Notes under the pieces: generated by a model | Told to the model about the DNA's origin: nothing | Seen by the model: only the letters and a program-made list of their open reading frames with translations | Database searches by the model: none | Source of the DNA: an uncultured virus (IMG/VR IMGVR_UViG_3300006738_005066) | Taxonomy: Duplodnaviria; Heunggongvirae; Uroviricota; Caudoviricetes | DNA length: 64,000 nt | Virus record (IMG/VR): IMGVR_UViG_3300006738_005066 | Strand: one strand, 5' to 3' | Made by a program: the position numbers and the translations under genes | In this document: one piece after another, positions 8,561-18,087 of the stretch | Layout: the number at the start of each line of letters is the position of its first letter | Position numbering within the stretch: the first letter of the stretch is position 1

Positions 8561-9880
8561 ATGGGTCGCAAAAAGATTTATGTTTTAGACACTAGTGTTT
8601 ATCTTACGAATGCTGATTGTATTTATGCATTTGCCAATAATGACATTCATGTGCCTTTAAAAGTATTTGAAGAAATAGATAAACATAAAAAACGCCAAGA
8701 CGCCGTCGGCGCACAGGCGCGAAAGATCATCCGGATTTGGGATGAACTAAGGGCCTCTGGTTCTCTGGATCGAGGGGTACGCATCCGCAAAGGCCTTGGT
8801 ATTATAAAATCTATTAGTGCCTCGGGGGTTACATCTGAAGACCTACCTTGCGATCTAGACATTAACATTCCTGATCATTTTATAATTGCGACTGCTCTAA
8901 AAGCTCAACGCGAGAGTAAAAGCAAGGTTATTTTGGTTTCTCGCGACATTAACATGCGGGTGATTGCTGATGCAATAGGTCTCGAATCAGAAGACTTCCA
9001 AAGCCAGCAGATTGTAGACAACAGTGAGAGTATTTTTTCCGGCTGTTCTACCATTTTGGTGGATGACCCTCTCATCGATCAGTTCTATGAGAAAAAAGAT
9101 GTTTATCTAGATAATGCCGACTTGTTTGCTAATCAATATGTGATGCTGGTTTCTAATGCAAATGAAAAAAAGAGCGCTCTCGGGCGATTCACGAATAGCT
9201 CGACACCCCTCCAACAAATAGCGTCAGCCAAAAATAAGATTTGGGGCATTGCTCCTCGTAATAAAGAGCAATCTTTTCTGCTGGATGCTCTAATGGATCC
9301 AAAAATCGAGATTATTACAGCCATCGGTAAAGCAGGAAGCGGTAAGACGATCTGTGCGATCGCTGCAGGCCTCGAACAGACCATCGATGAGCGCTACTCT
9401 ACCTATTCCCGTGTAATCGTCTCACGGCCCGTACAGCCCCTAGGAAAGGACATTGGTTTCCTTCCGGGGACCATGGAGGAGAAAATGTCTCCATGGCTAA
9501 TGCCAATTCAGGATAATCTGCAATTTTTAATGGGAAATGATAAAGTAACCCTTGACATTTACATGCAAAAGGGTACAATAGAGATAGAAGCATTGACTTA
9601 CATTCGTGGTCGTTCAATCTCAAATGCCTTTATCATAATTGATGAAGCTCAAAACTTGACAACTCACGAATTAAAGACTATAATAACAAGAGTAGGAGAA
9701 GGTACAAAGATTGTGTTGACTGGTGATGTAGAGCAGATTGACAATGTTTACATTGATGCTACCACCAATGGGTTGACGCATGCTGTCGAAAAGTTTAAGA
9801 ATTTTGAGTTGGCATCCCACGTTACTTTACACAAGGGAGAGCGCTCAAAGGTAGCTACCTTCGCTGCTGAGAATTTGTGA
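8561..9880 (+). CDS. phoH: PIN-PhoH (PhoH2/YlaK-like) ATPase
   Basis: N-terminal PIN domain (YVLDTSV...SRDINMR); Walker A GKAGSGKT; GFLPG; RGRS; Walker B IIIDEAQN; LTGDVEQID. Confidence 0.93.
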   Translation: MGRKKIYVLDTSVYLTNADCIYAFANNDIHVPLKVFEEIDKHKKRQDAVGAQARKIIRIWDELRASGSLDRGVRIRKGLGIIKSISASGVTSEDLPCDLDINIPDHFIIATALKAQRESKSKVILVSRDINMRVIADAIGLESEDFQSQQIVDNSESIFSGCSTILVDDPLIDQFYEKKDVYLDNADLFANQYVMLVSNANEKKSALGRFTNSSTPLQQIASAKNKIWGIAPRNKEQSFLLDALMDPKIEIITAIGKAGSGKTICAIAAGLEQTIDERYSTYSRVIVSRPVQPLGKDIGFLPGTMEEKMSPWLMPIQDNLQFLMGNDKVTLDIYMQKGTIEIEALTYIRGRSISNAFIIIDEAQNLTTHELKTIITRVGEGTKIVLTGDVEQIDNVYIDATTNGLTHAVEKFKNFELASHVTLHKGERSKVATFAAENL

Positions 9881-9888
9881 GATAAAAA

Positions 9889-10125
9889 ATGGAAACAGAA
9901 AACCCTGATTTGAACAGCCCAATTGAAGATACAACGGGGCTTAAACAACTGGTTGTAAATTACATAGGAGACCGCCTTTTGGCGGAAGAAGAAGTGACCG
10001 TAGACATGGCAGTTCAGGTATTTGCAGCCGAATTCCCGGAATTTTTGATGGCTATTGCTGAAGAAAATTTCATCCGGGGATACCAACAGGCTCTTGATGA
10101 CCTAGAAGCCGCGACAAAGAAATGA
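9889..10125 (+). CDS. hypothetical protein
   Basis: 78-aa ORF with stop overlapping next start. Confidence 0.7.
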   Translation: METENPDLNSPIEDTTGLKQLVVNYIGDRLLAEEEVTVDMAVQVFAAEFPEFLMAIAEENFIRGYQQALDDLEAATKK

Positions 10126-10751
10126 TAGAATATTACATCTATCACATTCCCGTTTACGTCGTTAACGATACACCGACAAGCGTAAGTATCCCTCAGTTTT
10201 GTGAGGATGTTGAAGAAATTTTACCTCGTGCTATGCTCGGCAACGTTGAAGTTGTTTACGTGGGGAAGTTTGATGAGCTGAAAGGGAAAAACGCTGCTTT
10301 TAGTCATGGAGCCATTTACATAACATCCGCAGAACCAACTAATTTTGACATGCTAGAGAATTTTATTCACGAGACGGCTCATGCTCTTGAGGAGACCTAT
10401 GGGTGGGAAATTTACACCGACGATCTCGTGGACGAATTCAAAGGCAAAAGACGCCGCCTATACCATTTGTTGACAGCAGCGGGCTTTCATATCAATCCGA
10501 GTCTTTATGACTTTACTGAATACAACCGCAAATTTGATGAGTTTCTGGCTTACGAAGTAGGGTACCCAACGTTAACAAGCCTTACCATGGGTCTTTTTTC
10601 ATCTCCATACGGAGCCACCTCTATTCAAGAATACTTTGCAAATGGATTCGAGAAATACATTCTTGGAGATGCTAAAACCGTACGGAAGCTGAGCCCTGTT
10701 TTGTATCAGAAAATAAAGTTAATAGAAAGTACTATAAATGACATCGCGTGA
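10122..10751 (+). CDS. putative zinc metallopeptidase (gluzincin-like)
   Basis: HETAH plus downstream EYFANGFE third-ligand motif. Confidence 0.6.
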   Translation: MIEYYIYHIPVYVVNDTPTSVSIPQFCEDVEEILPRAMLGNVEVVYVGKFDELKGKNAAFSHGAIYITSAEPTNFDMLENFIHETAHALEETYGWEIYTDDLVDEFKGKRRRLYHLLTAAGFHINPSLYDFTEYNRKFDEFLAYEVGYPTLTSLTMGLFSSPYGATSIQEYFANGFEKYILGDAKTVRKLSPVLYQKIKLIESTINDIA

Positions 10752-11517
10752 GCACATATCATACTCAGAGCTTAAAGATTGGGCTCATTGCCCCCACTAT
10801 CATAAAAAAGCATGGATCGAAAAGGTTGCCCCTTTTGAAGGCAACGAATATACGGCTTTTGGCAGCGCTATACATGACGTATGCGAGAAAAAACTGCTCA
10901 AGGAAGATATCAATGAAGCCGAACTTTTTCAACTTGGGTTTGCCAAACGCATACAAGAACTAGTAGAAAAGAACATTGAATTCAATGCAACCAATGTTCA
11001 GCAGATGAAAACAGCCGGCCCTGCAATTCTTGCCGAGGTCGAGGCTGCGCTAAAAGAATATTTTGGTGATTATGAGGTGTTTTCGTCTGAAGAGATGCTG
11101 TACGTTCCCATTGAGAATTTTAACATTCATTTCAAAGGTTTTGTAGATGCTGTGGTTAAAGTGGGGGACACTTATCATCTCTTTGATTGGAAAACTTGCT
11201 CCTGGGGCTGGGACTCTCGTAAAAGATCTCAGCGACTGATCACCTATCAACTTACTTTGTATAAGCACTTTTTCTGTCAGAAGCACAAAATCGATCCAAA
11301 AAATGTTGAAACTCATTTTGCTTTGTTAAAAAGAACGGCTAAAAAAGATCGTGTAGAGATATTTAGAGTAACGAGCGGACCGAAGAAAACTGAAAACGCT
11401 CTTAAACTTCTTTATCAAGCAATTTATAATATCACTAAAAGATTTAGCATCAAGAATCGGTTGAGTTGTCATAAACCGTACCCTTGCAAGTTGCTTAATA
11501 CTGAACATTGTCCTTAA
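10738..11517 (+). CDS. PD-(D/E)XK Cas4/RecB-like exonuclease
   Basis: HISYS..CP, GSAIH, E...GFVD...DWKT and QLTLY motifs; three C-terminal Cys. Confidence 0.85.
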   Translation: MTSREHISYSELKDWAHCPHYHKKAWIEKVAPFEGNEYTAFGSAIHDVCEKKLLKEDINEAELFQLGFAKRIQELVEKNIEFNATNVQQMKTAGPAILAEVEAALKEYFGDYEVFSSEEMLYVPIENFNIHFKGFVDAVVKVGDTYHLFDWKTCSWGWDSRKRSQRLITYQLTLYKHFFCQKHKIDPKNVETHFALLKRTAKKDRVEIFRVTSGPKKTENALKLLYQAIYNITKRFSIKNRLSCHKPYPCKLLNTEHCP

Positions 11518-11526
11518 GGAAATAGC

Positions 11527-12777
11527 ATGTCTGATAAAATCAAGATCTTTACGATCGGCGATCATCCACTTTCGCCTTCAGGGGTGGGAACCCAAACTAA
11601 ATACATTATTGAAGGAATGCTACGCACTGGAAAATACACCTTCGTATCTTTCGGCGGAGCCATTCAACATCCGAACCATGACCCCCAGCATACTGAAGAA
11701 TTTGGGGAAGACTGGATTATTTGGCCGGTTAATGGATACGGCTCTCAAGAACAAGTACGAGCGATGATACATCAACAGAAGCCCGACATTTTGTGGTTTA
11801 TGACGGATCCTCGTTTCTTTGGGTGGCTGTGGGAAATTGAGCACGAAGTGCGTCAGCACGTGCCGATGGTTTATTACCATGTATGGGATAACTATCCCTA
11901 TCCGACCTATAACCGCTCAGCGTATTTGTCTAATGACCATATTGCATGCATTTCTAGATTAACCTACGACATTGTTCAAACAGTGGCTCCAGAGGTGGAG
12001 AGCAGCTACATTCCTCATGCTGTGCATGAAGAGATTTTCAAACCTTACGGCCGCGAAGTCAAAAATCGGCTTAAGGCCGAACGCGGGCTGGAAGACAAAT
12101 TTGTTGTTGTGTGGAATAGTCGCAACGCGCGTCGAAAACAGTCGGGATCTTTGGTTTGGTGGTTTAAGGAATTCTTAGACGAGGTGGGTCACGACAAGGC
12201 AGTTCTAATTATGCATACCGATGTTAAGGATGTTCACGGTCAGGATTTAGAAGCTATAATTCATGAACTCGGCCTGATCAATGGAGAAGTCAGATTCTCC
12301 ACCGCGAAGATTAGCTCTCAAGACCTTGCGACGATGTATAACCTGGCTGATTTGACTGTGTGTATCTCCGACGCCGAAGGTTTTGGGCTTTCTACATTGG
12401 AATCTCTGTCCTGTGGTACTCCTATTATGGTTACCCTCACCGGCGGCCTGCAGGATCAGGTTACGGACGGGAAGAAATGGTTTGGAGTTGGCCTTGAGCC
12501 AGCATCGAAGGCAGTAATTGGCTCCCAGGAAGTACCCTACATTTATGAGGACCGATTGAATAACCAGGATGTCATTAACGGTTTTAAAAAGATCTATAAC
12601 ATGACAGAGGACGACCGGGATCGTTTAGGCCAAGCTGGCCGGGAGTGGACACAGACTCAGTTTAATTTTCAAGATTTTGTAGATCGATGGGATAAACTGT
12701 TTACCAAAATTTACGAAGAGCGAGGCTCATGGGATACCCGCGCCCAGTATCAAGGCTATGATCTAAGGGAGTTTTAG
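11527..12777 (+). CDS. glycosyltransferase family 4 (GT-B)
   Basis: RNARRK; EGFGLSTLESLSCGTP (Ex7E motif). Confidence 0.9.
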   Translation: MSDKIKIFTIGDHPLSPSGVGTQTKYIIEGMLRTGKYTFVSFGGAIQHPNHDPQHTEEFGEDWIIWPVNGYGSQEQVRAMIHQQKPDILWFMTDPRFFGWLWEIEHEVRQHVPMVYYHVWDNYPYPTYNRSAYLSNDHIACISRLTYDIVQTVAPEVESSYIPHAVHEEIFKPYGREVKNRLKAERGLEDKFVVVWNSRNARRKQSGSLVWWFKEFLDEVGHDKAVLIMHTDVKDVHGQDLEAIIHELGLINGEVRFSTAKISSQDLATMYNLADLTVCISDAEGFGLSTLESLSCGTPIMVTLTGGLQDQVTDGKKWFGVGLEPASKAVIGSQEVPYIYEDRLNNQDVINGFKKIYNMTEDDRDRLGQAGREWTQTQFNFQDFVDRWDKLFTKIYEERGSWDTRAQYQGYDLREF

Positions 12778-12779
12778 TT

Positions 12780-14759
12780 ATGAGGAAGAAAATCTTAATG
12801 AAGGCGCCCATTTTGTCGCGCTCGGGCTATGGAGAGCAGTCACGAATCGCTCTTCGTGCCTTGCGTACGAGAGAAGACTTGTTCGACATTTATTTGGTAA
12901 GCATCAATTGGGGAAAAACAGGATTTATAACCCAAACCGACAGCGAAGAGTTTGAATGGATTAACCAGAAGCTGGCCGATACGGCCATGTACATACAGCA
13001 AGAGGGTCAATTTGATTTGTCTTTCCAGACAACCATCCCTAATGAGTTTGAGAATATAGCACCGGTGAACATCGGCTTTACCGCTGGTATCGAAACCGAC
13101 CGAATCGCTCCTCAGTGGATTCAAAAGTGCAACGAGGTTGATAAAATAATCACTATCTCAGAGCATTCACGCAAAGTGCTGGCCGAAACCTCTTATCAGG
13201 TGCAACACCAGCAAACTGGCGAAGAGGTAAGCAACTATCGGATTATAAAGCCAATTGAGGCCATTAATTATCCCGTCTATCACCATGAAATGGAGCCAAT
13301 AGATCTTAACTTTTCGACAAGCAAAAACTTTCTAGTTGTTTCTCAGTGGGGCCCCCGGAAAAATTTAGAAAACACGGTTATGTGGTTTATTGATGTATTC
13401 AAGGACGATGAAGAAGTAGGTCTCGTTTTGAAAACCAACACGATGTCGGATTGTATCATGGATCGCGAATTAACCACTCAGCGGTTACAAAATTTATTGC
13501 AAAGTACCCCGGAAAGAAAATGTAAGATCTATCTTCTTCATGGGGAATTAACTCCCGGGCAACTAACGTGGCTTTATCGGCACGACACGATGAAGGCTTT
13601 GGTCAACATTGGTTATGGTGAGGGCTATGGGCTTCCTCTTTTTGAGGCCGCATATAATGGGCTCCCCCTTGTAACGGTTACCTGGTCCGGTCAGATGGAC
13701 TTTATTTGCAAGCCCAACAAAAAAGGGAAGCGGGTACCTCTCGTTTCTAGAGTAGACCATGAGCTTAAAACCGTCCAACCAGAGTGTGTCTGGAATGGTG
13801 TCATTACGGAAGATGCCCGCTGGGCATATGCACGCGAAGCTTCTTACAAGCGCGCGCTGCGAGAGGTTCTCACAAAAGAAAAACATTTTCAAAAGCAAGC
13901 AAAAGTTCTCCAGAAGCACATCTTAGAGAACTTTACTGAAGAAAAAATTTATGAACAGTATGTTGATGCCATTTATGGCGAGAAAATACCTAAGATAGAT
14001 GTGGGCGATCTTCCAAAAATTTCATTGATTACATCAGTTTATAAGGCAGCCGACCACATAGAGCAGCTAATGGAAGACATAACGCGACAAACGATTTTTG
14101 AAGAAAAATGTGAGTGGATTTTACTTAATGCCAATGAAGAAGGGGAGAACGCAGAAGAAGAGGTAATTCTTAAGTTTGCGGAGAAGTATCCCAACAACAT
14201 TGTTTATAAACGCTTGGAGAAAGACCCGGGGATTTATGGTACATGGAACATAGGGGCCAAGATGGCAACTGGCGAATTCCTTACCAATGTTAATTGTGAC
14301 GACCGATCCGCTCCCGATCGCCTACAGAAGCAGGCGATGTTGTTGGTGAGAGACCCAGAGGTTGATTTGGCTTATTGTGATAGTTACATCGTTCACGAAC
14401 CCAATACAATGTGGGAAGATGTTCCAGAAGATGCTCAGAGATATAACTTTGAGGTTTTCTCGAAAGAAGCCATGCTCCGGGGAAATCTTCCACACAACAA
14501 CCCAGTCTGGCGCAAAAGCCTTCATGATGTAAATGGCTATTTTGATGAACAATACGGATCTGCCGGCGACTGGGAGTTTTTCCTTCGATGCGCCTTTGCC
14601 GGATCGACGTTTGCAAAGTGCCCTGAAATCTTAGGGGTTTATTATTTCAATCCCACCGGAATTTCGACCAATCCGGATAATAATGACTGGAAAAGGAAAG
14701 AAGAAAGGTCTATCTTTCAGAAGTATTTGATAGAACATCAGAAACAACAAGAGGGGTGA
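12780..14759 (+). CDS. GT4 + GT2 bifunctional glycosyltransferase
   Basis: N-terminal SRSGYG and EGYGLPLFEAA; C-terminal ISLITSVY, NCDD and AGDWEFFLR. Confidence 0.85.
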   Translation: MRKKILMKAPILSRSGYGEQSRIALRALRTREDLFDIYLVSINWGKTGFITQTDSEEFEWINQKLADTAMYIQQEGQFDLSFQTTIPNEFENIAPVNIGFTAGIETDRIAPQWIQKCNEVDKIITISEHSRKVLAETSYQVQHQQTGEEVSNYRIIKPIEAINYPVYHHEMEPIDLNFSTSKNFLVVSQWGPRKNLENTVMWFIDVFKDDEEVGLVLKTNTMSDCIMDRELTTQRLQNLLQSTPERKCKIYLLHGELTPGQLTWLYRHDTMKALVNIGYGEGYGLPLFEAAYNGLPLVTVTWSGQMDFICKPNKKGKRVPLVSRVDHELKTVQPECVWNGVITEDARWAYAREASYKRALREVLTKEKHFQKQAKVLQKHILENFTEEKIYEQYVDAIYGEKIPKIDVGDLPKISLITSVYKAADHIEQLMEDITRQTIFEEKCEWILLNANEEGENAEEEVILKFAEKYPNNIVYKRLEKDPGIYGTWNIGAKMATGEFLTNVNCDDRSAPDRLQKQAMLLVRDPEVDLAYCDSYIVHEPNTMWEDVPEDAQRYNFEVFSKEAMLRGNLPHNNPVWRKSLHDVNGYFDEQYGSAGDWEFFLRCAFAGSTFAKCPEILGVYYFNPTGISTNPDNNDWKRKEERSIFQKYLIEHQKQQEG

Positions 14760-15748
14760 TAGTGGGCGAGTCAAAAACTCTATTGATCACCGGGGGCGCC
14801 GGCTTTATTGGGCACCACATAGTTGAGCACGTTTTGAAAACCACCCCTCATAAGGTGGTTTCAATGGATAGAATCGATACTTCAAGTAGTCTGAATCGTC
14901 TGTATGAAGTCGTAAAAAACAATGAAGAGTGGCGGCAGAGACTCCAGATTGTGTGGCACGATTTAAAGGCGCCCATTAATGAATACGTTGCTGAGCAAAT
15001 TGGACATGTAGATTACATTCTTCACCTTGCCGCCGGCTCGCACGTTGACCGAAGCGTAAGAAATCCTGTGGGATTTGTGATGGATAATGTGATTGGAACT
15101 GTAAACTTGCTAGAGTATGCGAGAACGTTAGATCAGCTTATTCTTTTTTTAAACTTTAGTACCGATGAGGTTTATGGTCCGGCTGTCGAGGGCACCATGT
15201 TCAAGGAAAATGACAGACACAATCCTTGCAATCCATATTCAGCCAGCAAGTCTGCCGCCGAACACATGTGTAATGCCTATCAGGTTACTTATCAGATTCC
15301 CCTTATTACGACTCATACTATGAATGTTTATGGAATTCGACAAAATAAAGAAAAGTTTATTCCGCTAGTGATTGATAGTCTTGTGAATAATAGGAAAGTT
15401 TTTATACACACAGATGAGAGGGGCACCGTTGGATCACGTAAGTATTTGAATGCACGCGATGTGGCCGAGGCAGTAATGTTTTTATTAGCTCATGGCGTTC
15501 CGGGAGAGAAGTATAACATTTCTTCTGATGACGAAGTTAGCAATTTAGAATTAGCCTGGATGATAGCCAAGATTATGGACAAAGACCTTAGTTATGAACT
15601 TTTTAATCCCAATCTTACGCGGGGAAAAAATGACATTAGATACTCAATTTGTGGACAAAAGATGAGGGATTTGGGCTGGTCCCCGCGAACCCTGCTTGAG
15701 CAGGGCTTGCGAGAGGTGGTTGACTGGCACCTGGATACATGCGACTAG
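14756..15748 (+). CDS. rfbB: dTDP-glucose 4,6-dehydratase-like
   Basis: GGAGFIG, HLAAGSHVDRS, STDEVYG, PYSASK. Confidence 0.85.
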   Translation: MIVGESKTLLITGGAGFIGHHIVEHVLKTTPHKVVSMDRIDTSSSLNRLYEVVKNNEEWRQRLQIVWHDLKAPINEYVAEQIGHVDYILHLAAGSHVDRSVRNPVGFVMDNVIGTVNLLEYARTLDQLILFLNFSTDEVYGPAVEGTMFKENDRHNPCNPYSASKSAAEHMCNAYQVTYQIPLITTHTMNVYGIRQNKEKFIPLVIDSLVNNRKVFIHTDERGTVGSRKYLNARDVAEAVMFLLAHGVPGEKYNISSDDEVSNLELAWMIAKIMDKDLSYELFNPNLTRGKNDIRYSICGQKMRDLGWSPRTLLEQGLREVVDWHLDTCD

Positions 15749-15757
15749 GACTAGCTA

Positions 15758-16552
15758 ATGGATTTATGCACAGTAATCAGCGAAAAATTTATTCCTCATG
15801 CGCTGAATTTAATTCAAAGTTATAAGGTTTACTCAGATAATGAAAACGTTTTTGTTTATCATTTCAATACACCCGTCGATAAATTAAAGATTTTTTCGGA
15901 CTTTTTTGGAGAACAGGTAATTCTGCGCGAGGTGCAAGAAGTCTGTCGACATGCTCTAGACCCGCTCACTTTCGTTTATAAGGCAGTTGCTATTAATGAC
16001 TGCCTGCTTAATCATTCAAAATCAGTAATCTATTCAGATTCTGCGAATTGTTTTGTGCAACCTGCAACCTTGTTAAAAAATGACTTGATTGATCGATCGC
16101 TACTGTTGCCCTATCAGCATCCCAACTTATCCAATCAGTATTGGACAACCAAAAGGTGCTTTGAAAAGATGGATGCCCCCGGCGCCGAGATAATGCCGCA
16201 ATATTGGGCTGGTTTCCAAGTTTATGAGAGGACGCCAGATAATGAGCGATTTGTTACCGAAATGCTTGAGTTTCTCAAAGACCCGGAAATAGCCCTTCCC
16301 AACATGAAGGTAAAGAGGCCCGACGGTCGGGAAGCAAAGTGTGTTGAACATCGCTGTGACCAATCCGTTCTATCAATTTTATTACATAAACATAATAGAC
16401 ATCAATTTTATGACGTAGACAAGAATAATCGGTATGGGGACTGGCAAACTATTAGCAGCTTTAATAATTCTTATAAACATCATTTCAACAAGATGGTTCT
16501 GTCCCCCCGGGAGTCTAAGTTTGGTAATTTTAGGTTTTTAAAAAATGTTTGA
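15758..16552 (+). CDS. putative GT-A-like glycosyltransferase
   Basis: YSDS (DxD-like position) and EHRCDQSVLSIL motif; lies within the glycan locus. Confidence 0.5.
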   Translation: MDLCTVISEKFIPHALNLIQSYKVYSDNENVFVYHFNTPVDKLKIFSDFFGEQVILREVQEVCRHALDPLTFVYKAVAINDCLLNHSKSVIYSDSANCFVQPATLLKNDLIDRSLLLPYQHPNLSNQYWTTKRCFEKMDAPGAEIMPQYWAGFQVYERTPDNERFVTEMLEFLKDPEIALPNMKVKRPDGREAKCVEHRCDQSVLSILLHKHNRHQFYDVDKNNRYGDWQTISSFNNSYKHHFNKMVLSPRESKFGNFRFLKNV

Positions 16553-18086
16553 GTTACAGTACTTAGGCCATGCGGCGTGGCTTGTAAATAATGACAATTT
16601 CAAGGCATTGTTCGATCCCTGGCTCAGTCCCGAGGGCGCCTTTTTCGGTCAATGGCAGCAGTTTCCCAAAAACCATCATCTACTTACGCCGGAATTATTA
16701 GAAGATTTAGATTTTATTTATATTTCACATGCACACGAAGATCATTATGATGAGTGGTTATTACAGCAGATTGATAAATCAGTTCCTATTTACACGGCTG
16801 ATTTTGGGGACAAGACCCTTTTTGAAAACCTTCGGGCCCTGGGCTTCGGAAATGTAACAGAGCTGTTGCCCCATCATACCGCAACTGTTAAAGGGGTGAA
16901 TTTTCAGATTTTGAAGACTGAAGATGGCTTGGACAGTGATTCGTGCATTGTGTTAAATGATGGTAAATCTTGTGTTTTGAATTTAAATGATTGTCACATC
17001 GACTTTACCGCCTTGAAAGACTTGAAAGATAACATTGATCTACTTCTTGTGCAGACCTCCAGCGCCATTTGGTGGCCGTGTGTTTATTCCTATGATACTG
17101 AGGAGATGAAAGCCCTAGGCCGAGAGAAACGAAAGAATAATTTGTTACGGGCCGCAAAATACGCGGAGTACTTGGGAGCAAAAAAATCGATCCCAAACGC
17201 AGGTCCTCCTTTTTTCAATGATGATAGACTGGACATGTGGAATTATAATAAGAGGGCTGATTGGAATCCATTCGTCTTGAATGATGATGCGGTGAAATAT
17301 TTCCAACAAAGGGAGATACCCGCAGATTTGGTAATCCCAGGAAGCACCATTGTTGTTGAGGGCTCTCATGTTGAGGTTAAAACCGACCCGGTGGAAGCAA
17401 CCGCGCTTTCCCTAGATGCAGATGCAGCTGTTGATTCCTTTAAGGCTTATCTTGCCGAACATGCTCCCGCGAAGCCTGTTGCTACGCCTGAAGAGATTGC
17501 GTCTGTGGTGCCCAAATTTGCTAAACAACTTACAAAAATTAAAAAGGTATCAAAGCTTTATGCCAAACAGATAGGGGGAAGCGTTTTGTTTGATTTCCAA
17601 GAGTGCGGCAAATGGTTGCTTGATTTTGCCAACGACCCACCGCTAACTCCTTATGAAGGCGAAGACGTCGTGTATTCCTTCAACTTCGATCCTAATTCTG
17701 TAGCCCTCTTGTTTCGCGAGAAAGCTATAGATTTTGAGAGGTATTTTTTGGGATGCAACTTTAGATGTCATCGAGAGCCTGATACTTATAATCACTTTTT
17801 ATTTGCCATGTTGAAGCATTTTGATACTAAACGCTTTATTACTTCGGAGAACATCTACATTCGGAACGACCGAGGACTCCTAGAAGAGACTTTCTTATGC
17901 ACTCACAAGAGTGCGACGTACGAGGTTCAAAAATACTGCCCCCATATGCTAGCAAATTTAGAAGAAATTGGCTTTATTAATGAAGATGATCACTTAGTGT
18001 GTCCTTTACATGGATGGAAGTTTGATCTTGAAACTGGGCGTTCTGTAGATAAAAATAATGCATGTGTGAAAATTAGGAAGGTTTAA
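16545..18086 (+). CDS. NamH/CMAH-like nucleotide-sugar N-acetyl hydroxylase (MBL fold + C-terminal Rieske)
   Basis: LGHA, DPW, SHAHEDH, NLND, SAIWWPCVY and PNAGPP, then Rieske ligands CPH...CPLHGW. Domain order and length (513 aa) match mycobacterial NamH (Rv3818) as recalled. Confidence 0.8.
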   Translation: MFELQYLGHAAWLVNNDNFKALFDPWLSPEGAFFGQWQQFPKNHHLLTPELLEDLDFIYISHAHEDHYDEWLLQQIDKSVPIYTADFGDKTLFENLRALGFGNVTELLPHHTATVKGVNFQILKTEDGLDSDSCIVLNDGKSCVLNLNDCHIDFTALKDLKDNIDLLLVQTSSAIWWPCVYSYDTEEMKALGREKRKNNLLRAAKYAEYLGAKKSIPNAGPPFFNDDRLDMWNYNKRADWNPFVLNDDAVKYFQQREIPADLVIPGSTIVVEGSHVEVKTDPVEATALSLDADAAVDSFKAYLAEHAPAKPVATPEEIASVVPKFAKQLTKIKKVSKLYAKQIGGSVLFDFQECGKWLLDFANDPPLTPYEGEDVVYSFNFDPNSVALLFREKAIDFERYFLGCNFRCHREPDTYNHFLFAMLKHFDTKRFITSENIYIRNDRGLLEETFLCTHKSATYEVQKYCPHMLANLEEIGFINEDDHLVCPLHGWKFDLETGRSVDKNNACVKIRKV

Positions 18087-18087
18087 G

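Noticed and set aside
10738..11517. CRISPR-Cas system suggested by the Cas4-like gene
   Set aside because: No repeat-spacer array or other cas genes were seen; solo Cas4-like nucleases are common in phages.
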